Shown here: piece by piece, positions 23,950 to 36,800 of the stretch
Layout of the letters: every line of letters starts with the position of its first letter
Position numbering within the stretch: the first letter of the stretch is position 1
Source of the DNA: Macrostomum lignano
Lineage: Eukaryota
Direction of reading: 5' to 3'
DNA length: 64,000 bases
Assembly: GCA_002269645.1 (NCBI GenBank)
Contig: NIVC01001129.1
Coordinates: 62,001-126,000, forward strand
Position numbers and translations under genes: made by a program
The notes under the pieces: generated by a model
Seen by the model: only the letters and a program-made list of their open reading frames with translations
What the model was told of the DNA's origin: nothing
The model's database searches: none

Positions 23950-24637
23950 ATTACCAGAACCTGCAGCTCTTACTACCAGAACCTGAAGCTCTAACTACCA
24001 GAATCTGAAGCTCTGACTACCAGAATCTGAAGCTCTGACTACCAGAACCTGCAGCTCTTACTACCAGAACCTGAAGCTCTAACTACCAGAATCTGAAGCT
24101 CTGACTACCAGAATCTGAAGCTCTGACTACCAGAATCTGAAGCTCTGACTACCAGAATCTGAAGCTCTGACTACCAGAACCTGAAGCTCTGACTACCAGA
24201 ATCTGAAGCTCTGACTACCAGAACCTGAAGCTCTGATTACCAGAACTTGAAGCTCTGACTACCAGAACCTGAAGCTCTAACTACCAGAATCTGAAGCTCT
24301 GACTACCAGAACCTGAAGCTCTGACTACCAGAATCTGAAGCTCTGACTACTAGAACCTGAAGCTCTGATTACCAGAACCTGAAGCTCTGACTACCAGAAC
24401 CTGAAGCTCTGACTACCAGAACCTGAAGCTCTGACTACCAGAATCTGAAGCTCTGACTACCAGAACCTGAAGCTCTGACTACCAGAATCTGAAGCTCTGA
24501 CTGCCAGAACCTGAAGCTCTGACTACCAGAATCTGAAGCTCTGACTACCAGAACCTGAAGCTCTAACTACCAGAACCTGAAGCTCTGACTACCAGAACCT
24601 GAAGCTCTGACTACCAGAACCTGAAGCTCTGACTACT
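23950..24637. repeat. Minisatellite, 22-bp unit GAAGCTCTGACTACCAGAACCT, downstream of the RRP5 stop
   Basis: About 31 direct tandem copies. Confidence 0.96.
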
Positions 24638-24785
24638 ACAAACTAAAGGTAATATTACTAAAATCTGAAGCTAAGATGACCAAAGGTCGAAGCTTCTAGT
24701 ATTTCTTGGAAAAACGTTAAAAACTATGCCCTGAACTCGTCAAAAAATTCAGAATTCTCCCTTTCAGCTTCTCAGAGACACAATA

Positions 24786-27700
24786 TCATTCCATCAACGG
24801 CAGACCCTCATCGCCCGTAACAACAGCTGAGCCGTCGGGAATGCCTTCAACAGACGCCGTCGGCATCGACGACGAGGCATTGTCAATCAGGTCGGACAGA
24901 GTTGCCAACTGGCTGCAGGACTTGTCCGGCAGGATTTCTCTCGCCTTGGCCAGCAGCTCTCTAGCCGCGGCAATTCCGCCGCCGCCGCCTCCTCCTAGAA
25001 GCAGACAGCGGCCGTAAAGCAGATAGAGCTCCGGCCTGCCCGGGTGCGACTCAATCAAGCTTTCAAAGGTGGCCACTCCGTCGGCGCGTCGGCCGTAACG
25101 GCAGGCGAGTTCGGCGTAGCCGCTCAGCAGACCCAGATGATGCCGTTTGGGCAGCGCCGAGAGCGCCTGGTCGAACAGGAGGCGCTTCGCGTCGTCGTTG
25201 CGGCCGCGGCGAAGTTTCACCTGGAGTAGGGGGGGGGGGGGTCATGGCATTTATCATTGGGACTGAAGGGATGCGATGGTCAACTCAACTCACTCATGCA
25301 CTCAGTCACTGATATTCACTCACTCACCAATCCATTCACTCACTCACTCACCAATCTATTCACTCACTCACTGATCAATTCACTCACTCACTGATCAATT
25401 CACTCACTCACTGATCAATTCACTCACTCACTGATAAATTCAATCAATTGTAAATCCATTTATCCAATCAACAATCCATTCACTCAATCACCAACCCATT
25501 GAGTCAATCACCAACCCATTCACTCAGTCACTGATCAATTCACTCACTCACCAATCTATTCACTCACTCACTCACCAATATATTCACTCACTCACTCACC
25601 AATCTATTCACTCACTCACTCACCAATCTATTCACTCACTCACTCACCAATCTATTCACTCACTCACTCACCAATCCCTTCACTCACTCACTCACCAATC
25701 CATTCACTCACTGATCAATTCACTCAGTCACCGATCAGTTCACTCACTCACTCACTCACTGATCAATTCACTCACTCACTGATCAATTCACTCTCTCACT
25801 GACTGATCAATTCATTCACTCACTGATCAATTCACTCAATCGCAAATCCATTTATCCAATCAACAATCCATTCACTCAATCACCAACCCATTGACTCAAT
25901 CACCAACCAATTCACTCAATCACCAACCCATTCACTCAATCACCAATCCATTCACTCACTCACTAATCTGTTAACTCAATCACGAATCCATTAAAAATAC
26001 CTCACTAATCCATTCACAAAAAACTCACTAATCCATTCACAAATAATACATTAATCCATTCCCTAACTCACTAATCCATTTATCAACTCACAAATTCACT
26101 TACCTATTCACTCTCTCATTGAATCTGTCAATCAATTAATTAAGCAAGCACTGTCCCCACCCCCCTCCCCAAAAACCACCCCTATAACAGCGGTCAATCG
26201 TCACCTCCAGCTGCAGTCTCCAGGCTTTGGGACAGTCCGGCCTCGCCCGCCTCAGTTTAGCAGCCGCAGCTTCGGCTTTATTGGCTTCTCCCCGTTCTAA
26301 CAAAGACGACACGGCCAGCTGGATGAGGCCGGGGTCCTGCATCTGGCAGGCGCGGTAAGTCGCCTGAGTCAGCCTGTCCATAGCGTCGGGATCTTCGCCG
26401 GCCTCGGCGACTGCCCGACTCTCCAACAGCAGCAGCGATCGCAGCAGGCGTTTCCGGCCAGCATCGGCTGCGTCGCCGGCGCCAAGTCGGCCGACAGCAA
26501 TCAGGCCTCGTTCGATAATGGACCTGGCCGAATCTAATTCGCCAGACTCGACATAATAGCGCGCATAATCTGCCCAGTGACTGGCGTTGCTAGGCTCCCT
26601 AGTAACCAACGACTCGAACTCGGATTTATTATTAGCTACGCTGGATGAGCCGCTGCGACGACGGTTTTGCTTAGTCGACGCCGTAGAAGAATTCTGCGAC
26701 TCTCCGACATCGACATCCTCATTCTCGTCGACGCTCTCATTGTCGGCCAGATCTAAAGGCAGATAAGAGCCCGACTTGCTAGCCGATGATTTCTCGTTGC
26801 TAGCATGTACAACCAGTACAACGCCATTGTCCAGACGCTGAGTCTTAGTTCGCCTGGCGCCATCTTCAGCATCGTCGTTAACGCTAGCCGACGAGCTAAG
26901 ACGCCGGCGCCGACTCTTTGTTTTCGCTGTAGCAGTCGGTGTAGCAGCAGGCTTTGTTGTCGCTGGCTTTTCCGCCGCGTCGGGTATCGGCTCTTCCAGT
27001 CGGTACAGTCGAGGACGATGTCGATTGTCGCTGCAATTCACGCCGCCGCCGCCGCCGCCAGAGTCCCGACTGCTGCTGCACCGGACCCGCCGGCCGATAG
27101 GAAACAGTCGCCGAGCTCTCGGCGGCACTGGCACAACTGCTGTACGCGTTAATCCGCCAAATGTCACCGCTAATCCGCGATCGCAGTGCCTAGCAACGTA
27201 GCCGATTAGAAAACTACTATTAGTAGTATCAGCCGATGGTTGATGATTAGCATTGGCAGCCGAAACAGGTCGAAGCCAGTGCACTGGGCGATTGTTGAAG
27301 CTGCGATCAACTCGAATCACTTCGGCTAGCATGAACGGAGCTCGACGACTGCTAAAACGACTCGGCAGACCGTAGCGTCGAGCCGCGGCCGAGAGCAGGT
27401 CGGCAATGTCGGCCGGCCGGCTGGGGTCCATGTCCAGGATGTGGAATTGGCCGCTGCGACCGGCAGGTAGGCAGGCCCGGTAGAAGAACTGGCTAGTTGA
27501 GGTGACGTAAGCGGCTACGCGATCGCCGGCCTGGAGGTTGGGTAGTAGTATGTACAACTTTATTAAGTAGTGTGAAAGCGTTTTCACCGATTTTTATCTG
27601 CTTGAATTATCATTAGCCTCTATTTTTAATAAAGATAAATAACTTGGCGATGCCCGATTCTTTATTCAGATCCCTACTGAATCCCGATTCAGATCCCTAC

Positions 27701-30689
27701 TGAATCCTGATTCAGATCCCTACTAAATCCTGAGTCAGATCCCTACTGAATCCCGATTCAGATCCCTACTGAATCCCGATTCAGATCCCTACTACTGAAT
27801 CCCGATTCAGATCCCTACTGAATCCCGATTCAGATCCCTACTGAATCCCGATTCAGATCCCTACTGAATCCCGATTCAGATCCCTACTGAATCCCGATTC
27901 AGATCCCTACTACTGAATCCCGATTCAGATCCCTACTGAATCCCGATTCAGATCCCACTGAATCCTGAGTCAGATCCCTACTGAATCCTGAGTCAGATCC
28001 CTACTGAATCCCGATTCAGATCCCTACTGAATCCTGAGTCAGATCCCTACTGAATCCCGATTCAGATCCCTACTACTGAATCCCGATTCAGATCCCTACT
28101 GAATCCCGATTCAGATCCCTACTACTGAATCCCGATTCAGATCCCTACTGAATCCCGATTCAGATCCCTACTGAATCCCGATTCAGATCCCACTGAATCC
28201 TGAGTCAGATCCCTACTGAATCCCGATTCAGATCCCTACTGAATCCTGAGTCAGATCCCTACTGAATCCCGATTCAGATCCCTACTGAATCCTGAGTCAG
28301 ATCCCTACTGAATCCCGATTCAGATCCCTACTACTGAATCCCGATTCAGATCCCTACTGAATCCCGATTCAGATCCCTACTGAATCCCGATTCAGATCCC
28401 TACTGAATCCCGATTCAGATCCCTACTGAATCCTGATTCAGATCCCTACTGAATCCCGATTCAGATCCCTACTGAATCCCGATTCAGATCCCTACTTACT
28501 CCCGATTCAGATCCCTACTGAATCCCGATTCAGATCCCTACTGAATCCCGATTCAGATCCCTACTGAATCCCGATTCAGATCCCTACTGAATCCCGATTC
28601 AGATCCCTACTGAATCCCGATTCAGATCCCTACTGAATCCCGATTCAGATCCCTACTGAATCCCGATTCAGATCCCTACTGAATCCCGATTCAGATCCCT
28701 ACTGAATCCCGATTCAGATCCCTACTGAATCCCGATTCAGATCCCTACTACTGAATCCCGATCTAGGTCAATTAAATTCAGATTTCAAATCTTATTCTCT
28801 GAAATCTCTAATATTTTTAACCACTTTCGTAAAATCCCTAAGAAGATTTTAGTCAACTAAATATTTAAAATTCAAAAACACAAAATGAATTCAAACCTTA
28901 AGTGGTTCACAAGCCTCAGCGCCTAGACAGGTGACTTGGAAAGATTCAGATTCTTCATCATCATCGTCGCTATTGTCCTCATGGTCCTCGGCATCAGCAT
29001 CAGCATCATGAGACACCATCTCCCCAATGCTAGCCGCAGTTTCAACGGGCAATTGCCAAGCTTGCAAAGCCGCACCGCAGGGCAGCGATTTAGACAGAGC
29101 GGCGAGTTGATCAATATCGCTAGTAATATCTAGGTAAGGCACCAGTACCGTTCTGCCAATAGAGGCGTACATTGATACCTTGCGAAGCTTAGGATCGGCG
29201 TGATGAACGTAAAGCCACATTGGCGGCAAGACGCTGGCGGGCGGCAAGTCGAATAGGTCGCTAAAATCGTTGCCAGGCCGATTCAGTATTGAGGGCCGAG
29301 CGGACAGCTCGTACAGATTGGACCTCTTGCCGCCGAGTGGGTGAGATTGGCTGCGGAAGCGAACCGTTTTGTTAAAGTGGCTATTAAGGTCAATTATGGC
29401 TCATAAAGAGTGTAAGGTCAATTATGGCTCATAAAGAGTGTAAGGTCAATTATGGGTCATAAAGTGGGTCAGGTCAGTGATGGATCATAAAGTGGGTCAG
29501 GTCAATTATGGGTCATAAAGTGGGTCAGGTCAGTTATGGGTCATAAAGTGGGTCAGGTCAATGATGGGTCACAGAGTGGCTCAAGTCAATGACGGATTAG
29601 AAAAGTGGGTCAGGTCAATGATGGGTCATAGAGTGGGTCAGGCCAGGTTAATAATGGGTCAAAGAGTGGGTCAGGCCAAGTCAATGAAGGGTCATAGAGT
29701 GGGTCAGGCCAAGTCAATAATGGGTCATATAGTAGGTCAGGTCAATGATGGGTCGTACAGTAGGTCAGAGCAATGATGGGTCATACAGTGGGTCAGTTCA
29801 ATAATGGGTCATAGAGTGGGTCAGGTCAATGATGGGTCGTACAGTGGGTCAGGTCAATGATGGGTCATAAAGTGGGTCAGGTCAATGATGGGTCGTACAG
29901 TGGGTCAGGTCAATGATGGGTCATAAAGTGGGTCAGGTCAATGATGGGTCATACAGTGGGTCAGTTCAATAATGGGTCATAGAGTGGGTCAGGTCAATGA
30001 TGGGTCGTACAGTGGGTCAGGTCAATGATGGGTCATAAAGTGGGTCAGGTCAATGATGGGTCATACAGTGGGTCAGTTCAATAATGGGTCATAGAGTGGG
30101 TCAGGTCAATGATGGGTCGTACAGTGGGTCAGGTCAATGATGGGTCATAAAGTGGGTTAGGTCAATGATGGGTCATAAAGTGGGTTAGGTCAATGATGGG
30201 TCGTACAGTGGGTCAGGTCAATGATGGGTCATACAGTGGGTCAGGTCAATGATGGGTCATAGAGTGGGTCGGGTCTCCAACAGAATTCTGGAGCGAAAAG
30301 TGCAAGCATCGGGGGTATGCTACCGATTAGGTCTGTAAAAACACCCGCGCATAACTAACTCACTCTTCATGAAATCGATCGCTTCGAATTCCAACAACTC
30401 GAGCTAGCAGCTCTTGACCGATGCTAAAATTCGATAACGGGCTGACCATCTGTTGAGGCGAGTCTGTCACCTCAGTGATGAATATGCGGCCTTTAGTGCG
30501 CGAGTGAAGGTCTTCTACATTTAGCTGGCAGCTGGTGATGGCCATCACGCTGAATGGGGCGGAGGCAGGTTTAAGTGAGATAGGCAGACAGACAGACAGG
30601 CAGACAGAGACAGACAGAGAGGCAGAGACAGACAGGCAGACAGGCATACAGACAGACAGGCAGAGACAGACAGGCAGGCAGACAGGCAT

Positions 30690-30788
<99 letters not shown>

Positions 30789-30799
30789 GTCAGTCAGTC

Positions 30800-30868
<69 letters not shown>

Positions 30869-33800
30869 GGCATACAGACAGACAGACAGACAGGCAGACA
30901 GACAGACAGACAGACACAAAGTGCCTACTCACCGCACCGCGAATGCCTCCCCAACGGTAACCTTTCGTTTAGCCAGAGCGGCGTCAGACTTGGCAGCAGA
31001 CGGCGCCAAATGCCGGAAGCCTTCGGACTTGGCAGACTCGGACTGCAGCGCCACTAGCCGGTAGATGCGGCTGTCAGTCTCGCTGCCGCCGCGGACAAAG
31101 CGTTGAACAACAACTTGAATCCGGGAGCCGACGGTGGGATTGGAGGCTGAATAGGACTCATTCCAGTGCTGTGATTGTGTTGTGTAGAATTCAATTGCAG
31201 TGTGCAGTTAGTGCCAAATGAGAATCTCATGGGGAATTAATCAAGGAGGAATATCATAAGGAATCAATGGGGGGAGAATATCATAGGGAATTAATGGGGG
31301 GAGCATACCATAGGGAATCAATCAGGGAAGAATCTTATAGGGAATCAATGGGGGGAAGAATCTCATAGGGAATTAATCAGGGGAAGAATTTTATAGGGAA
31401 CCGATCGGGGGAGAGAATCTCATAGGGAATCAATCGGGGGAGGGGGAGAATCTCATAGGGAATCAATCGAGGGGGGAGAATCTCATAGGGAATCAATCGG
31501 GGGGGGGAGAATCTCATGGGGAATCAATGGGGGAAGAATATCATAGGGAATCAATGGGGGTAAGAAACTCATAGGGAATCAATCGGGGGGGGGGAGAATC
31601 TCATATGGAATCAATCGGGGAGGGGGAGAATCTCATAGGGAATCAATCAGGGGAAGAATAGGGACACTCATAGGGATACCAGAGATTCAATACAAAACAA
31701 CAGATCCAGCAACCCACCCGTCTAGCCGGCAGAAAGGCCACCTGCTGAGTGTTGGGTCCCAGCCGAAGCGCCACCATTCGATAATCGGAGCCGGCGTACA
31801 ACACCTCAGCAGGATAAGACTCCCCAGGCTGAACGTCGGCAACTCGAACCGTGGACTGAGCGGCGGCCAGGTCGTTAAGAAGATCGGGGCGCAGGCACAG
31901 ATTGACAGATCTTTTGTTAGGATCAATGGACAATACAAGAGCCTTATGCCGACTGCCTGGTGTGCAGTCCGCTCCTAACAGCTGATTGGCTGCGGCGGTG
32001 CACGTGTACTTATCAGCTATCGATTTTTCTAGGCTGCTAGAATCGAGTAGACGAAATTTTCGAAAGCGCAAATCTGTCTCGGCTGCATTGGTGGCCGAAA
32101 CGGCTACGCGGACCAGACTGCCCGGCAGCAGGGCTCTGTTCCGGCAGAGTCCGCCGGAGTCCAATAGTTTAATGGTCTCTTCTAGCAGGCGCAGGGAATC
32201 GTCAAGATCTTCGACCGGGCGGGCGCAGTCCCGTACTCGCAGTGATAGAAGGCAGCGCTGCTTTTCGGCGTTCTTCTCCAGCACCTGTGTACGGGTGAGA
32301 TGGGATTAGAGCCAGTGAGATAGGATTTCTACCAGGGAGATTGGATTTCAGACAGTGAGATGGGATTTTAGCCAGTGAGATGGGATTTCAGACAGTGAGA
32401 TGGGATTTCAGACAGTGAGATGGGATTTTAGCCAGTGAGATGGGATTTTAGCCAGTGAGATGGGATTTCAGACAGTGAAATGGGATTTTAGCCAGTGAGA
32501 TGGGATTTTAGCCAGTGAGATATGTGACAGAGTGACCAATCTAATATGCGACAAGAATTACCAATCTATCTGTGACAGAGTGACTAATCTGATATGAGAC
32601 AGAGTGACCAATCCGATGTGACAGAGTGACCAATCTGATATGTGACAGAGTGACCAATCCGATGTGACAGAGTGACCAATCCGATGTGACAGAGTGACTA
32701 ATCTGATATGACAGAGTGACCAATCTGATATGTGACAGAGTGACCAATCCGATGTGACAGAGTGACCAATCCGATGTGACAGTGACTAATTTGATATGTG
32801 ACAGAGTGAGTGACCAATTAATTATATATAACAAGCGCGCACCTTCGCAACCACAGTTTGCCCAGCCTTGAACAGATCCTTCAAAGGAAAGGGCGGGTGC
32901 TCGCTAGCCAGCGCTTTAACAGGCGCCAAACCGCGGAATCCTGCGGGCAGCTGAACAAACCAGCCGTACTGCTTGAACTGATCGGCCAAACCGTACAACT
33001 GATCGCCAACTTGGATCGATTCGAAATCTTTAGGAAAATTGGCGCCATCCTTAGCGAATCGAACTAGGCTAGGCTTAGCCGATACTACAACGCTAGCGTC
33101 TAGATTCCAGATTACACAAGGCGAGACAATGTCGCCAATCCGACGAAACTTGGCCAGGGCATCAGCGTACGCCGCCTGATCAGTGAGGTGTTCGAACGGC
33201 AATCGAGCTTCGATTGAATTAGTCCAGTTGAATTCGTCTTTTTCGTTGCTAAGCGTGATTAAGGCAACGCGAAAAAATCCGGCTTGTTTAGCTAAGATAC
33301 GGCAGGAGACCAGGCTACCCAAGCCGGCTTTATTGAGCTGCTTATACAATAGGCTGCGATTCTTGGCGGCCTGACTTTCCGGTACAGATCTGCATAGCAA
33401 ATTAGACAATTGGTAAGGAGTTGCTTTTATGCTTTTATCATTGCTAAACTCTTAACTGAAATACTACTCATGCAATGCTCAAAAGGGAGTATTGTATCCA
33501 TCCTTTTGAGAGGTGATTCTATCCTTTTAGGAGAAGATTCCATACTTTTGAGAGGGGATTCTATACTTTTAGGAGGAGATTCTATCCTTTTGAGAGGGAT
33601 TCTCTCCTTTTGAGAGGGATTCTCTCCTTTTGAGAGAAGATTCTCTCCTTTTGAGAGGGGACTCTCTCCTTTTGAGAGGGGATTCTCTCCTTTTGGGAAG
33701 GGATTCTCTCCTTTTGAGAGGGGACTCTCTCCTTTTGAGAGGGGATTCTCTCCTTTTGGGAAGGGATTCTCTCCTTTTGAGAGGGGACTCTCTCCTTTTG

Positions 33801-36800
33801 AGAGGGGACTCTCTCCTTTTGAGAGGGGATTCTCTCCTTTTGGGAAGGGATTCTCTCCTTTTGAGAGGGGACTCTCTCCTTTTGAGAGGGGATTCTCTCC
33901 TTTTGAGAGGGATTCTCTCCTTTTGAGAGAAGATTCTCTCCTTTTGAGAGGGGACTCTCTCCTTTTGAGAGGGGATTCTCTCCTTTTGGGAAGGGATTCT
34001 CTCCTTTTGAGAGGGGACTCTCTCCTTTTGAGAGGGGATTCTCTCCTTTTGGGAAGGGATTCTCTCCTTTTGAGAGGGGATTCTCTCCTTTTGAGAGGGG
34101 ATTCTCTCCTTTTAGGAGGAGATTCCATCCTTTTGAGAGGGGATTATCTCCTTTTGAGAGGGATTCTCTCCTTTTGAGAGGGGACTCTCTCCTTTTGAGA
34201 GGGGATTCTCTCCTTTTGAGAGGGGATTCTCTCCTTTTAGGAGGAGATTCCATCCTTTTGAGAGGGGATTATCTCCTTTTGAGAGGGATTCTCTCCTTTT
34301 GAGAGGGGATTCTCTCCTTTTGAGATTCTATCCTCAGAAGGGGAGATTATATCTTCTGAAAGGGGAGTTTCTGTCGTCTGAAGGGGATTCTGTTCTCTGA
34401 ATACAAAATAAAAGACTTACTTCTTTCCCTCTAGAAGCAGAGAAGCCACAGGCAAGCGGTTGCCAGCAGCCGGTCTGGTTATTCGAACTCGCAACACCTG
34501 TCCACGATAATAAACCTGCTCAATTGAGTCGCTATCAGCTAAGCCAAGCTGGGTTCTTGGCGCCCAAGCCTTAGCAGCGCCATAGAAGGCTAATAAAATA
34601 CCGTTGCTATCCAGCTTAGCAACGAAACAATCGGCTAACACGCCGGGTAGCAACTGTTCCAGACGGGTTACAGGCGTCTCCTCACTGCGAACTAGGCCAG
34701 GCTTAGCAGTTAGAATGAGTTTCCTGTCCACTGCACTGGCTGACAGCACTCTGCATTTCAACTCGGTGTCGGGCTCCAGGTGGCGATGCTTCTGATGCTT
34801 GGCTGGGTAATCGGACAGGTGCAAATAGGGCACCAGGCCGCGTAGGTTGCGAGCCACACGAACTAACCCACCTTCTTTGCAGTAGCGCAGCAGGGTGCCG
34901 GTGATTGGGGCCGCCAGTTTCACGTCTTCGTAGCTGTAGACCGGGTGGGTGATGATGCACAGACAGGGTGTGATTAGACACCCAGACAGACACTAAGACA
35001 CCCAGACAGACACTAAGACACCCAGACAGACACTAAGACACCCAGACAGACACTAAGACACCCAGGCAGACACTAAGACACCCAGACAGACACTAAGACA
35101 CCCGGACAGACACTAAGACACCCAGACAGACACTGAGACACGCAGACAGACACTAAGACACCCAGACAGACACTAAGACACCCAGACAAACACTAAGACA
35201 CGCAGACAGACACTGAGACACGCAGACAGACACTAAGACACCCAGACAGACACTAAGACACCCAGACAGACACTAAGACACCCAGACAGACACTAAGACA
35301 CCCGGACAGACACTAAGACACCCAGACAGACACTGAGACACGCAGACAGACACTAAGACACCCAGACAGACACTAAGACACCCAGACAGACACTAAGACA
35401 CCCAGACAGACACTAAGACACCCAGACAAACACTAAGACACTAGACAAACACAAAGACACCCAGACAAACACAGACACCCAGACAAATACTAAGTCAGCA
35501 CTAACCGCAGAAACGGCAGTTCTAGGACAGACGGGCGCAGACTCCCAAACGCGACATTATCCATCGGGCTGAAGTCGACAATTCGAACTTTAACAACGTC
35601 GCCAACAGTCAATCCGGCGGCCAAGGCTTTACCTTGCTTCTTCTTTTTCTTAGCGACCTGCCCCTGGTCCTGTTGTCGTTGATCGTTTAAATCAGCCCCC
35701 GGCATGTGCTTTGGCCCAATCAGGCAATTCATCTGAGCATCGGGCAGCCAGAGGGTGGCACCCTGGCCAATGCTGTTTACCTTGCGCACAACCGCATCTT
35801 TAACAGTCTGACCAACAGACAATCGGTCAATGCAATAGTAGCTAGGCGAGAATGGCGTCAATTCTAACGACGATTTCTTCTGCTTTTTCTTCTTAGGCTG
35901 CTCTACTTGATCAGTGACATTATCTTTGTCGTCGGTATCGTCAGATGTCGGGGCAACGACGCTTGGCGGCAGAGTGTGCGGCAGGCAAGAGCCGATTAGA
36001 GTCTTGGTTGACTGGTCGATAGAGACAAGAGTGAGCAGGATTGCATCGCCTTGTCTGCAGGGTGGTTCAAAACGGGTTTTGAGCGCGTGTGGTAAGCTGA
36101 TCGATTAATCATTTTTACTTCTATGAATAATATGAAACCACGGTGCCATATTAGCTACCTGGGTTCCAAATTAGGTACCTGGGTTCCAAATTAGGTACCT
36201 GGGTTCCAATTTAGGTACCTGGGTTCCAAATTAGGTACCTGGGTCCCAAAGTAGGTATCTGGGTTCCAATTTAGGTAACTGGGTTCCAATTTAGGTACCT
36301 GGGTTCCAATTTAGGTATCTGGGTTCCAATTTAGGTAACTGGGTTCCAATTTAGGTACCTGGGTTCCAATTTAGGTACCTGGGTTCCAATTTAGGTACCT
36401 GGGTTCCAATTTAGGTACCTGGGTTCCAAATTAGGTACCTGGGTTCCAATTTAGGTACCTGGGTTCCAAATTAGGTACCTGGGTTCCAATTTAGGTACCT
36501 GGGTTCCAAATTAGGTACCTGGGTTCCAAACTAGGTACCTGGGTTCCAAATTAGGTACCTGGGTTCCAAATTAGGCAACTGGGTTCCAAATTGTACCAGT
36601 GTTCCAATTTAGGTATCTGGGTTCCAATTTAGGTACCCGGGTTCCAATTTAGGTACCTGGGTCCCAAAGTAGGTATCTGGGTTCCAATTAAGGTACCTGG
36701 GTTCCAATTTAGGTACCTGGGTTCCAAATTAGGTACCTGGGTTCCAAATTAGGTACCTGGGTTCCAAATTAGGTACCTGGGTTCCAAATTAGGTACCTGG

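Noticed and set aside
30270-30333. Extra RRP5 exon after the acceptor-like gtttttacag at about 30334
   Set aside because: The required phase-2 join hits TAG after 4 codons. The 30364-to-29380 join is in phase and restores the conserved SHP...YELSARPS segment.
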